A stretch of 61,541 nucleotides of DNA, filler included, from Circinaria calcarea (taxonomy: Eukaryota): the NCBI GenBank assembly GCA_051942165.1. It is 11 parts of 11 records of this genome, joined end to end, with 100 filler letters (N's around TTAATTAATTAA, not from the genome) between each part and the next. Parts side by side here need not be neighbours in the genome. Positions count along the whole stretch, not along the records: positions 39,294 to 44,791 come from JAVECS010001885.1; positions 44,892 to 50,386 come from JAVECS010001886.1; positions 50,487 to 55,964 come from JAVECS010001887.1; 8 more parts are not named here. One strand, 5' to 3'. Shown here piece after piece: positions 39,294 to 52,159 of this stretch. The position numbers and the translations under genes are program-made. A model generated the notes under the pieces. The model was not told the DNA's origin. It was given only the letters and a program-made list of their open reading frames with translations, and did not search any database. Each line of letters starts with the position of its first letter. The stretch's first letter is position 1.

Positions 39294-39460
39294 TATAAAA
39301 AATTTCTTATATATTTATTTATTAATTATAATTTATAAAAAAAAAAGTATTATAGAAATATTAAAATATATTTAATAAATTAATATATTAATATTCTATC
39401 TAATTATATGCATTATCCCTTCAATTTATCTAAACTCATTAGGTCTTTCTATTTTATGTG
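39294..39460. repeat. Very AT-rich, RIP-like degenerated repeat at the contig end; similar tract at ~44280-44791
   Basis: Extreme AT content and TpA excess relative to the ~50% GC genic DNA. Confidence 0.65.
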
Positions 39461-39647
39461 TTTATTCGGAGAGACTCGACGGAAGTAATTGAATTACGGC
39501 GAATTACTGCCACGCACTCCGAAGATGCCAATCACTACTCCCACGCACCCCTGACTAGTAAGCACCCCTATAGAGAAAACAGAAAGGTATATAGGTAGGG
39601 CACTACGTCTTCTACTGTAGGGCATAAGGGAAGGCTATATATATGTA

Positions 39648-39761
39648 CAGAGTCTTGACACCTCCGAATGGTAGCGTGGCAGGGATACTAATCCCTGTTT
39701 TATATATCAAATTTGGCCGTGCCAACCTAGCATATTACCATTCCGAGGTGTCAGGACTCTG
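39648..39761. mobile_element. 114-bp mini-MITE with Tc1/mariner-like ends
   Basis: TA|CAGAGTCTTGACACCTCCGAATGGTA...TACCATTCCGAGGTGTCAGGACTCTG|TA: ~26-bp TIR with 2 mismatches, flanked by TA. Confidence 0.7.
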
Positions 39762-40114
39762 TACATACTATACGGACTGCTATGGAAAAGATATGGAAGG
39801 GAGGTGGTGGGGATGGCAGAGATATCGAGCAGAATACGCGCTAGACAGGCTCTATGCGACGCGACCATACGGAGTAACTTCTCGCCACTTTCGGCATAGC
39901 CGGTTTTCACAGCATACGGTATTGGCAGCCGTGGCAGCTTATCAAGCACAGAGTCTGGTCGACGCACCACGTCCGTGCATATCCATTGGCTTCATAACAT
40001 ACACTAGATAAGCCTTGTTCGCACTTGCCAGCCTATTGTGAAGTCTCTCAAGGCGAGGCTGAACTCCTTGAAGATAAGATACTCGCATTGCCCGCAATTC
40101 AAGCACCATACTCA

Positions 40115-41320
40115 ATGCCACCCAAAACAAGCACGAAAGCAGTGCGAAGAAATCTGCCTATGAAGACGACGGGAAAAGAGGGGCAAAGAGTTGGCTCAGG
40201 TGCATCTATTCCAATCACCAACTTTTAGCTTTGATCGATTTTCTAACCTTGCAGCCTCCAAAAAGCCAAGAGGCGTCCCTACTCAGTGTTTAGCCCGGAT
40301 TCGGGGAATAGCTCCAGAACCATTGCAGAAGATACGAGTAGAACGGAAACTACGCGTGGTAACGCCCCAGGAAGCAGTGAATACCCGTGCGACCAGATCT
40401 TCAAAGTGTAAAACAAAGCAGAGGGCTCAAGCTTCTACCCCTGCTCTGCCGGCAGGACCAGAGATTCTCCCACAATTATCGAATAAGATTAGCCGGAAGA
40501 AGCCTCAAAGTAAACCTGCTACGCATGAAGCCACCGCTGCGAACTTCAATCCTCCTAGATCAACACGCACTATCGAACGTCTACCAAGCCAAGTAAGCTT
40601 ATCATTTACAGCCCCAACCTCGTAAGTTGATGTGCTCATGATATACTCAGTCGGAGCGTATTAAAAGTTGGGCTGGACAAGCATTCCCAGGATTACCTTC
40701 CGATCGTTCTATTTCAAGTAGTGCTCCTCATCCTGAGCTTGCTTCTTCCCTTATTCGAGAATTCTACGAAAGTCGCGGATACTTGGTGCCCTCGTCCAAA
40801 GAGATGGAGACTACTACTGGCGATGGTACTATTACCCCTTCTCAGGCAGGCCAGAAAAGTAATGGCCAGAAGAAGAAGAAGCGCAGGGCAAGTTTCAAAC
40901 CTCGTGACAAAGAATTTTGGTCGGCCTTAAGGGAACATAATATTGGCTGGCGGCCTACAGACGATAGCAAAATCGATGAGTGGAAAAGTCTAGTCGAAGG
41001 CGATCCAGGCTCCATTACCGAAAACGAACCGGTTACCAGGGATGACAGGACAGGCGTTCCGGATGAAGCACGATGGCGGGTGGATATGGAAGCCTGTTTC
41101 GGCGCGAGCGAAGCGATGTTCCAACGTACTACCATGATGACCATTCTCGATCGACACGTGCTCGATGATAAGCTTTCATACGTTTGCGAAGCGCAATGGA
41201 TTTCTGACCGTTTCCCAGGTAGGTCCTGCAAGCTTAAAGACTGCAACATGTGTAAACCTAGGCCGGATCTCGTCGTTGCCTTCAAGCCGATGAAGCTTCT
41301 GCCAGAGGGCCAGAGCGAAA
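40115..41320 (+). pseudogene. Gene with a disordered basic N-terminus and a probable PD-(D/E)XK nuclease-like domain, truncated at ~41320; exons 40115-40199, 40255-40592, 40651-~41320
   Basis: Three exons splice in frame; EAMFQRTTMMTILDR...KPRPDLVVAF (PD-motif strand); the sequence then switches abruptly to C/G-run non-coding DNA. Confidence 0.5.
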
Positions 41321-41430
41321 AAGGTTCTCAATACCCCACCCCGGCAGTTTTAGTGGAGCACCCCACCCTACCCCAGGGGGTCGAAATGGGGTACCCCGGG
41401 GTACCCCAAGCCAAGGCTGAGCTCGGCTAT
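41320..41430. mobile_element. Possible terminus of a hAT-like DNA transposon
   Basis: AAGGTTCTCAATACCCCACCCCGG followed by short subterminal repeats and palindromes (CACCCC, GGGGTACCCCGGGGTACCCC); the partner end is not identifiable. Confidence 0.35.
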
Positions 41431-41743
41431 ATTAGTGTAGCTCTATTAGGCTTAGATATACTCGGTAAATAATATTATAGGTTAAATATTGCTCCGAGAG
41501 CCGGGAAAATTAGCCATAACACATTAATTTCACCATATGTGCGTGCGACTTGCGGACGTGAACTTTCCTGTTTATCTAGTGCCGAGGCGTCTCCTATCTC
41601 TAATGTGCCTTCTACTTTCAAACGCAAGCGTTTAACACATTCTAGAAGGTCATGCTCAGTCTGATCGACGAGCTCACCGGTCGGGCTAACATAATAAACC
41701 ACCAGATATAAATACCTGCGGCGACCAAGACTTACTCGAGACT

Positions 41744-43922
41744 TCATTCTCGTCTCGGTCTTTCCAGCGTATACTTAATCGACACAACATCTTCTCCTCG
41801 CCTTAGATGAAGTTCTGTTGGTGTACATGCTGCGCCGTGTTCGAACTTCATTTCGGTGTCGCAGGTTAAATCTTCCACGTTGACTGCTTCAGCGTTGATT
41901 TTTTCGGTTTCGGTGCCTTGGAGCCATTTAACCCGCACCCAACAACGACTACTGGGATTGGTAAACAGGTCTGGAGTAGGAGAGGGACTAGTGTCGCATG
42001 ACAAGTGTAGATGCAGACGGGTGGTGCCGATGTTGATGGATATGTTTGGGTATAAGATTGGTTGCCAGGTGGGTTCGCCTTGGGTTAAGTCACAGTATGG
42101 TTTTGGTGTTGCTATGGGAGAAGGGTTGAGGGGTGTATGAGATATTGTGGGGGGTTCGATGAATGTGTCTGGCGTTGGGATGTCTCTTGAGATGATAGGT
42201 TCTTGGGCTGGTGGATGAAGGGTGGAAGTGCTTGTTGTAGGAGAGGATGTTGCGGTAGTCAGAAGTTCGGCTTGTGGAGGTGGTTCTGATAAGAGTAGGT
42301 CTGGGTTCATGAGGCCTGGAGGGGCAGGGACTTCTGAGGAGATCGGGCCAATAGATGTAACACTATCAAGCACTTCTGGTAACTCCTCCTGAGGTTGTAA
42401 CAGGCGAAGAGCGGCCACTGGTTCCGAGACTGAGGGTGTTACCTGAGTAACAGTCGATGAAGACCAATGCGCAGGCATGATTAGGACGCTTTCGTTTGGA
42501 TGGTTAACCCGCACCGGGCTACTCTCTAAGGCTGCTCTAATCCTGACTTTCAGAACATCACTGAACTGCTTCAGAAGCACGTCGAAGTCGAGGCGACGCA
42601 TCTCGGGTACTAGAATGTGCCAGTCTGGGAATGTCCATTTATGATACAGACGGCCATGAGTTCTGGGAACGTAGAATCGACCGTGGAGTTTGAAGAAAAG
42701 ATCGCAAAGATAGCAGGCACTCTTGCTGGAACAAATTACCCGTGGCCGTAGTCTTCCTGGATTCAGCTCGTAGAAAAAGAGAAGCTGAATCTCTGCATGC
42801 ACCTTGGCGAATTGATAATAATCGGTAATGATTGAGTGGAATTCGTTAAGTATGACTTGGAGTGGCTTCCCCATTCTTCTTTCTAGCGATGGCTTTAAAG
42901 CTCTTGACTCCACTGTAGTTCTCGGTCGAAGTACGTTTTGGAGTGCTGTAAGAGGATGAAAACTCTTGTCTATGTTTGAAGGCTGAGAGGGACGTCGGAT
43001 TGAAGATGCTTCTATTATAATGCTGTTAAATATAGAGTACTCCTTATTTCGAGCAGCACAAATGAGTTCGTAACTAATGGAACAATACCGACCGAGCTTT
43101 CCCACAGCTTCAGGGAGGAATTTTTTGATGCTACCTTCCAGGCTTGAGGATCCGAGAGCTAACTTAAGCATCATTTGCGAATCCAATTCATGCATTTGAG
43201 TTATCAGGTCCATGGCCATATCTTGAACCTCGGCAGACTCTGCAAAATGCTTCGGAATGCCTTCAAATCTCAAAAATAAAGCTTTCAGAGCATTTACCTT
43301 TGTTCGGATATCCGCCAATTCCAGAATTATGATATTCGAACTAGGCTGTATGGATTGGTCATGTATGGTAGTATCCAACAGCGTAAGTAGTATAGGTTTA
43401 TCCTTATTTCTGGAAGTTTTCTTTGCATGGCTTGATCGCAGTCGAGATAGGATGCGGAAATAATCCATAGTGACGATACATCGGAAGAAAGCCTTTATAT
43501 CATCATCTTCACTATTAACTAGAACATTATTAGCTAATCATAACTATATTTCATCGAATACTATATATCAGACCTCTTGATGCTGCTCGTTCCAAGATTC
43601 TTACCATAAGATTAAACCTATACACTACCTCGTTAAGATCACTAGTGTTGGAAGTCAATCGGATTGTACAGCTGCCACGATCACGAGCTTCCTCAAGACA
43701 AACCGCCATAACCCTACTCGGGTCATTTCTAGTAACTGACAAGAATGCCAAATTATCCACAATCTCCTTTTCACGCTGGAATGGTAGTTGGTATAAGGCT
43801 GAAAGAATTGAAAGTGCTTGTGGCGGCTGGTTATCTTTCGGACTTTCGGGAAACTGATTAAGCATGTATAGAAGCGCGATAGCCTCCATTAAACTCTTGT
43901 GGGATGTGCTTCTGGGCATCAT
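41744..43922 (-). CDS. OTT_1508-like nucleic-acid/nucleotide deaminase family protein; exons 43922-43574 and 43518-41744
   Basis: Zn-binding deaminase signature KVHAEIQLLFFYE...RVICSSKSACYLC...THGRLYHKW; N-terminal REKEIVDNLAFLS...VMAVCLEE; the intron joins both ORFs in frame. Confidence 0.8.
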
Positions 43923-44891
43923 AGTCTTTATAATGATGTTATTGAATCACAGTGTGTCGAGAACGTCATTCGTAAAAGCCGGTTAAAAGTAAGAGGCTGG
44001 AGACTCTTCGAAAACAAAGGTCTCGTAAAGTAAAGCGATAGTCTTTTAGGGGTAACTAATATTAAATGACCTTATATCGATCAGCAGGAGCGTTAAAAGA
44101 GGTCGGTAAGTATTTCTACCATATATCAAGTCTTCTCCCTCCTTATAAGGCCAGTTCGGTTTATGCGGAGAGGTGGAGGTAACGTTATCTAAAATTGCCT
44201 GCAACCAGATAGAAAAAATACGAATGGAAAATTAAAATCGGTCACAACACCTGAGGGCTACAACCTTATTCTATCGTTAGAAGGCTAAATTTAATTAAAT
44301 AAAACCTTCCAGTAGCTTAATCACGTGTTAATTAATTATTTCCCTTAAAAGGCCGTATTCTCTCCTCAGCGTGCGTTATCACTTTTCTTCTTCCCATCCT
44401 ATTTAATATTTTTATATTCCTAATTAACCTTTCCTTCTGCTCTATAAAGAGATAGATTAAATATTATAAATTATTCTTAATAAAAACGTAATAGAATCAC
44501 GCATTATTCCAGGCGAAATAAAACCTCACGTTATAGCAAATAAACTTCTTATATGCTATATGCTTGGGGTTAATATATAATAATTATAATAATATAATAA
44601 TTTGCGGTTATGGAGCGTATTATGGCACGACGTTATACCCTAGCAGACCGAGTGCCGGAGCGGGGGAACTAAGAGCCGGGCTCCCAGATACTCCCGGGTT
44701 TTAATAAAGAATAGTGGAAATATATTATATATTATACTCCCGGTGGCTCCTAAAAATTCTAAAGAATAAAAAAATTATTAGAAAATATTAANNNNNNNNN
44801 NNNNNNNNNNNNNNNNNNNNNNNNNNNNNNNNNNNTTAATTAATTAANNNNNNNNNNNNNNNNNNNNNNNNNNNNNNNNNNNNNNNNNNNN

Positions 44892-45610
44892 CTCCCCCCA
44901 CACCCCCGGCTCCCCCTGCTCCTGCGCCTACCGTGCCAAACCTCGCCTGCGGCAATCAGGGTCTTGAATTTGCTGCCTGGTACAACGTCGATTCCGCCGG
45001 CAAACCGAATGTTAAAGGCGATACACTCTACACTTCCTTCAAACCTGAGCGTTTCAAGTCCGTCAAACCCGAGGGAACGGGCACAACCAAGGTCGTTGGT
45101 CTCAGTCAGACTAATAATATTTACGGCTACAAGCCTTCGAGGCCGGAATATGTAACCGTCATCCACAGAGGTTACGTATTCATCCCTCAAACCGGCGTAT
45201 ACACCTTCACGGCTCCCACACCCGACGACTTTTCGGCTATTTGGGTTGGCCGTCAAAGTGACTCAGGCTATGATAGAGCGAGCGCCAACATCATAGTGGT
45301 ATTCGGTAGCCCCCAGACAGGAAAGCCTTCGCCATACAAAGCGACTTTCAACCAGGGGGACCAGGTACCCTTATGGATCACCTTTGCAAATGGAGGCGGG
45401 CCCGGAGCTTTTAAGTTTTCGATTACTGCGCCAGACGGAACGATTATCGTATCGGAGGATTTTACAAAAGAGTCGCCTTTCTTGTTACAGTACTCTTGCG
45501 ACTCTGAATCTGCGCCGAAGTTTGGTCCTTGGGCACCAGATGCTCCCAAGGCATGGTTCAGAGGAGGTGTATCCACAAACCCCGAAGCGGTGACTAAGAA
45601 GGGGCTTTGA
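44892..45610 (+). CDS. C-terminal GLEYA/PA14-type lectin domain of an adhesin-like protein (5' truncated)
   Basis: CGNQGLEFA, HRGYVFIPQTGVYTF, PDDFSAIWVG (DD Ca2+-binding pair), FANGGGPGAFKFSITAPDG; preceded by a Pro-rich stalk. Confidence 0.8.
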
Positions 45611-47241
45611 TTGGCTGACGTGCGAAAACGAATCATTTCATTCTTTAATGACCGTCTTCTACTTTCTCAGGCAGTTGTTAGCAGTACATGACATGCTTGG
45701 TCGATCACCAAAATCGGTATAGCTTTTTGTTCTCGTGATACTGTTGCCATCAGTCTGTCCTTGACTATCGAGTTCGGTTGCGTCAATGTCAAAATTTTGA
45801 TTGGAAAAGATGTTACCCATCTTCTGGCTGTATACTTGACTAAACAACGCTCTCACCGTAAAACCCACCATACTGAAGATTACAATTCTGGCCCTTTCGA
45901 AGTTGATGTGCGAAGGTCGTTGCCGATGGAAGACAAATGATTGTACTCGGTGTTAGGTATAACAAATATTAAGCGCGAGATTTGTTAGTTTTTATAGTAT
46001 ACTATAACCGTGCTCTAAACTTTCAAAAGCACCTAGGTAACATTTGGATAATGTGCCTATGATAGTTCTCTACTTTCGCGAGTTTTGTACGGTTGTGGTT
46101 AAGGTTTTGGAGGTATGAAGAACAACGCTAGGGTTGGTTTTGCCTGGTACGTTCCCACTACCCATCATGGAGTCTTTCCATCCGGACTTCTACACATTCA
46201 AGTTTTCCCGATTTTCGACGAGGTATGATTTCTGTGTGGCCGTCCTCTAGTAGCATATTGTTGTTTTCCCACGACGACTCCTGCTCACCCGTCTTGGTTG
46301 GGACCTTTTCGTCAATGCAATGATGACCGACTTTCTCGTTTCATATCCGGCACTACCTTTGCTAAGCCGCTGAAGTAGTTTACACAACTGAGGGCGATCT
46401 ACAGGATAAGCGTAGTGCATGATCTCTTCAGCTACATGCAATACTGAGCCTATCAAATAAGACTGCCTATATAAGCGACTCTCTCTTTCCCTCCTTAGCT
46501 ACCGCATCAAGTATTCCACCTCCCGACAAATGCCTCACCCCGCACCGTGGAGTTTGTCATCGGCTCTTCACCTCCCCACTGATTCTATCTCGGCTTAGAA
46601 TACCTTTTGTTTCTTGGACCGCGAATGCGGATCTCCGGTGGACAACTCATCCACGTGCCATCTTGCATGTGTCTTGGCGAGTTGATCTCCGCTAATCAGC
46701 TACCAGGTACCCCGGATTTTGTGGGGAGATTAGTCGCTAGTTCTCGCTTGTCGTTGCGTGGGCCGGGTCAAGGGCTCAGATATGCAGTCGATGGGTGCTA
46801 GTACCCCATGAAGACAGTAATCGTCCATGGATAACCGTTACAATGATTAGCTTCCAGCACTGGATCTTGCGAATGAAGCAGGGCAGGTGTCTCGATGGGA
46901 TGTAATGGGCTTCTTGCTGTGGCAGGCTGGCAGCCGCCCCATGGATTTTGGTATGGGTACAGACTTTTGGATAGGGTGACGATCAGAGCGCAAGACTGCT
47001 ATTGGCGGTATAGTAAGAAGGCCACAGTCCTACGGATTAGCCTTCGTGACGATATTCATGTTAGAGTCACGGATATGCAGGGAGCTGACGTGCGGGGAAA
47101 ACTTCGATTCGTGCCTTCTCGGTGGTCATTATCGATATTGATAAAATGCCGTGCTTCGTTATTTGTTTTGAAATCTTGTTTATAGATACGAGATTCAACG
47201 TTGGATAATTTCTCCAATTCTCTCATCTACATTCTGTTGAT

Positions 47242-48668
47242 ATGTCGAACACCGTTAAAGACTTCGGCGGTGCCAGTCACACTGGGAGTCTGAATCCAAA
47301 CTATCCGTCTCAGCCGAATGGGATCGACGACAACGACAAGGTATATCCCATCAGAGCTGGCAAATGCAGCTGTCGGTGACTGACTCCACATGGCCACGTC
47401 AAGAATGGTGCTTCTACCTACCTCCACAATGGGACAAGTGAACAGGCTCTCCGCCGAGTAGGTTGCTGCATTGCAGAATCATGGCCGGAGCTCAAATGTT
47501 TCAGATCAAAACAGCCGGTTCCATTTCCATCAGCCCCGAACAGTTCGAGAAGCTCTTCCTTTCTCCTCAGAACAAGGTCAAAGGCGAACTCCGAGACACT
47601 TTTGCCAACCCGACCCCCCTTGCCCTTTTGGGTTTCTTGCTCAGCTTGACTCCGCTGTCTTTCGATCTCATGGGCCTTCGGGGTGCCGGTGGATCAGGTG
47701 CGGCGGGTATCGGTGTTTATTTCTTCATGGGTGGGCTTCTGATGTTGTTGGGTGCCATTGGGGAGTTTCTCTTGGGAAATACGTTCGTGGTACCCCCTTT
47801 GCTTTGATGTCGATGATGACACTAACCGCAGAGCTAGCTTTCCATTCATTGTCTTTGGCTCTTTTGTAAGGTCCCCCAGCCATTCATGTCCTTCAAAATT
47901 AACAGGTTAGGGCGGATTCTGGCTTAGTTTTGCTGCTACCTTGACCCCATCTTTCAACGCTTACGGAGCTTACTCGTTTGTCCCTATATCCAGCAGATGG
48001 CTACAGCTCGCTTACCAACCTCACAGGACCGACCCTACCAAGCCATATCTGGGTGCTAGCCAACCTGGTTTCTATGCCTCCTTTGCATACTTCTTGCTCT
48101 GTAAGATCAGCGCATCACTTCAACTAAAGTTTCTGCTAACATTCATAACAGTCATGGGCCTTCTCTGCTTCATCTACCTGATAGCTTCCCTACGCACAAA
48201 CATGGTCTTCGTTACAATATTCCTGACCCTCGTCATTGCATTTGAATGCCTCGCTGGTGCTTATTGGCAATTGGCGCAGGGAAATACCGCGCAAGGTGGA
48301 AAATTACTCGTCGTACGTATTCTAGATACCGGGTTTCACAAACAAGCTGACTGTTCCTAGGTTGCGGGGGGTTTTACATTCGTAACAAGCTTGGCGGGCT
48401 GGGTATGCAGACTCCCCCTCTCTCTCCTCTTCTGGAAATATATTGGCTAATAACCCCCTTTTTCAGTATATCTTCACCGCCCAAGTCCTCGCCAGTGTAG
48501 ACTTTCCCTTTTCGCTTCCAGTTGTAAGTACCCCATTCCCCCTGTTCATCCCTGTCCACTACCACCATACACATTAATTATACTATACCGTACTAACTAA
48601 CCTCTCAGGGCGATCTCTCCACCATGATCAAAGGCGCCTCGCAGAAAGTGCCCATCAAAGACGACTAG
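47242..48668 (+). CDS. GPR1/FUN34/YaaH (ATO/SatP) acetate transporter, many short introns
   Basis: IKTAGSISISPEQFEKLFLSP, FANPTPLALLGF, GEFLLGNTF, SLRTNMVFVTIF, C-terminal LPVGDLSTMIKG. Confidence 0.9.
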
Positions 48669-49404
48669 ACGATTACACGCCCCAGGCTTCTACATTTCTC
48701 TGAATTAGTAAAATCCAGGTACAAGGCGGGTGTAAAGTGTTCCTCCAACGCCAAAGATTTTCACAACCGGGGGTCATAACCGAGCGAAAACAGAAATAGA
48801 CAAGTAACTATTTCACAGACAAGGTGCCCTTGACCTATTCCACTTCACGCCATCTCTTGCGAACGCTCTAGATCTCCCAATGTCGTATACTCCTCGCATT
48901 CGCATGATGCAAATATCGGGAGTTATTTCCATAACCCAATTTTTCCCTTCGTAACCTACAACCGGCCCTCTACGTTACCCCCACACCCCACTCCCAATAC
49001 AAAAGCTAGCTTATCGTCCCTTCCCTTCCCTTGGCCTTGCCTAATTCCCAAAAAAAGGGGGGGGGGAAGGTTTCCGTTGATTCAAAAGGTGCAATTTTCA
49101 GAAAGAAAGAAAAGGGATGGGGACGGGGACGGGGATGCCTATTCGGCGTGGGTTGTTTGAGTATTTGATAGTTGATAGATACTTGCATGGTGATGGGAGT
49201 ATATTTGAAATTTAAACACTTGATACTTGCATGTTAATGGAACAATATTCCAACTCCAATATGAACCGCTGGAATATCGGATAGGTCCTCATCGTTCACA
49301 TCATATAGATTGATAACCTCGGGGTATCACAAGTTCCATGCCTCCATGCCTCCATTCCCAACGCCACCCACTCGCTCGGAAAACATTCTCTCCGGAGATA
49401 GTAG

Positions 49405-50386
49405 TCACTGAGATAACCTGCGCACATAGTACTCCTCGCGCATCTCCCACAGACTCCCCATGTCCTGGTTGTCTCGCTTGCATCTGATTACTTTCCACGC
49501 GTTGGATTTCCCCGAGCTTTGGATGCGGCCGTCGACTTCGAGGATCTTGGATTCTAGGGCAGAAGGGGTGGTGATAGTGATGGTAATTGGTTCGTTGGGG
49601 TCATCAAGGTTCATAGGGGTTTTGGGGTTGCTCTGGCCGTTAGTTCTTTTAGGGGCAGAAGCGGGCTTGGGGTCTTTGGCCGCCTTTTCGGTTGGACGGC
49701 TCCTATGAATGTTGTTTTGAGATCTTGTGACTCGCCTCCTGGGAGGTAAGGTAGGCTCAGGGGGCTCCTCGACTGTATAAGAAATGATGGGTTCGGTTGA
49801 TTCGATATGCTTATCGGCATTATTGTCGTTACAGCAAAACTGGACATCTCCGGAGGTCGCATCCTTGCCTTCTCGGGTGATTTTATCTACATCAAGGTCC
49901 ATTGGATTCCCCTTTTCGCCTTGATCAAGGTCTTGGTCAGTTCCGAGTCCGCTAATCTTGCTGCCATTGACCTTTTTGACCGACTCCGGAATACCAGCAT
50001 CAAGATTTACCTTGTCTGCCAGGTCATCAAGCTTATCAACAGGTACTTCAATCGTTTCAGAAGGATGGCTTGGTTTCTCAAGGCTATTCGTCTTAATATC
50101 TTTTTCTAACTCATCCTTCACAAGATACTTGGATTGACCAGGAGGAATGGCAAAGGTAAGCCTGCCGTTATCGATTGCAATGACCTAGATTTGTCAGCTT
50201 CTACCAAGGCCACAACCAACCAGACATACTGAAACGTCCTTCTCCACGACGACTCCCTTCTTGCCACGCCCTACTGTTTTGGAAAAGCTCCAAACATCAC
50301 CAACCTTGTACAAGCCTGCCTTAACAAGCACTTCCAGCTTTAGCGTTGTCATATCCCCGGCAATAGCACTGTGAGACAGCCTCTGC
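49405..50386 (-). CDS. C-terminal part of a conserved fungal protein (resembles the tail of ASX-homology-domain proteins); 5' truncated, intron near 50186-50230
   Basis: LKLEVLVKAGLYKVGDVWSFSK...LTFAIPPGQ...LESKILEVDGR...NAWKVIRCKRDNQDMGSLWEMREEYY; family assignment is from recall only. Confidence 0.6.
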
Positions 50387-51280
50387 NNNNNNNNNNNNNN
50401 NNNNNNNNNNNNNNNNNNNNNNNNNNNNNNTTAATTAATTAANNNNNNNNNNNNNNNNNNNNNNNNNNNNNNNNNNNNNNNNNNNNACGTAGTTTACGCA
50501 TCCGATGTCATGGGGACAGGTACCCCGTACCGCAGGCAACGTCTGCGATGTGGAGAGACTCTTTGTCGGTAGGGATGATCGGGTGCAGTAGATATCCCAG
50601 CTGACGCCTCCACATCCAATGCTGGATGTAAAGTCTTCCCGCCAAGGTAAAACCTCGTCAGCCAGTAATGAGAAGCATTACGACAGGACCGACCGTATCG
50701 ATGCCATGAAATCCCTACCTAAGGGGTAGGCTGCCAACCTCTCCTCTCGTACGGAGGCCATGGTTCAGATCAAACAGTAATCAATATCAAGCAAGTTTGG
50801 ATTAAAAGCTCCAAGTGGCTACTAAAATCCGCAATTCGATACAGGCGGGCATTTGTAACGGGGGCCCTTACCCATCCCCGCACACCAGTCTCAGACTCTG
50901 CCGTGCCAAAGCAGCCTTTCCTGCATAGGACTGTCCCTGCGTTGGCCAGTGGATTTGAAGGAGATATCTCCAGATTAGAAACGGGAGAAGGTACAATGCC
51001 CGGCGAATTGGCGGGGAGGGAAAGGGATATGGAGTGTGGCCTCCCGGAACTAAAGCCAAGGCTGATGCCGCCAACGCTACTTCCATAATAAGTTGTTTTC
51101 TGTCGATGCATGTCAGCGTCCTCGATACCACCGGGGCCTAACAGCTTTGCAGGGACATCAATCCATGTTGTATGGGCTGGCAACGCATGCTGCAGGATCG
51201 GACCGGGAGAGATGCACCGTTAAGCCTCCTATGTCATGTATGGGGTGAAACCGGCTAAAGAGAAGGCATAGAAAATAAGG

Positions 51281-51362
51281 CATCCAATCGAATACACTGG
51301 GTGTTCAAGAGCTCTCTCAGATGCCTAGCCTAAATTGCATCAATCTCCGAGGTGTGTAGTTG
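51281..51362 (+). repeat. Left copy of an 82-bp inverted repeat (partner 54747-54828)
   Basis: 78/82 identical to the reverse complement of 54747-54828; weaker similarity extends ~30 bp outward. Confidence 0.92.
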
Positions 51363-52159
51363 CCCCCATCTCTCCTACCGTGTTCGGCATTTTGGTATGC
51401 GCATGAAACAAGGGTTCACCTTCACTTGCAAACGACTCGACTGCTACCCAAGGGCAAACCCCCCATTAAAATCTGGCTACTCCGTAGAGACTGCCAAGCG
51501 GCCATCCCATCTTTAACCCCGTAGTAGCGAAAAATGGGATAAGCTGGCGCCTCAACTGTAAAAGCGGCGAGGCAGCCAACCCCCTTAGTGGTAGAAGGTT
51601 CGCTGTCAACTTCGATTGCTACCCTTTCTGACACTCCTAGCACGGATCCCTAAATTGCCACTCGAGCCATGCACCATTTAAGCTCTTGACGGATACTTAC
51701 TTTCTCTACTGATCTACCTAGCTTTCCGAAAATGCTGTTAGCGGCCTTCCTTTTCCATACAAGCCAAAAATACAGCCTTTGGCTTGCAGGAGGGTTGCGG
51801 GAGGTACTGTATTTCGGGCACGGTAATTAATGTTCCCTTATTAGCATCGATGCTTGCAAGTCATTAGTGCAACCCTGCAAGAAAATGGTCTTGGGCTGGG
51901 AATGCATAGACCACCTAAGCCCCTCTTGAGTTTTGACAGCCTCGAGAAGTGTGCCCCGCCAAACGTTCGACGCCAAAGGCACCCCTCGGTTGCGTGCTCT
52001 TGGAGAAAGGCTGTCGGGATTGCTCCGTAGGAAGGAGGAATCTACGTTACCGGTTCGGGTAGAAATAAGAAACTAACTCCTCACAGCCGTTGTGTAGATG
52101 GCGGGCTGAGCGATCCAGGCTCAGTTCTAAGAAGGGCCTTTCCTTTATACAATCTGGCA

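Noticed and set aside
50487..51250. Possible additional RiPP tailoring gene left of the cluster (ORF 50770-51183)
   Set aside because: No recognisable motif or consistent splice model; frames are interrupted by stops.
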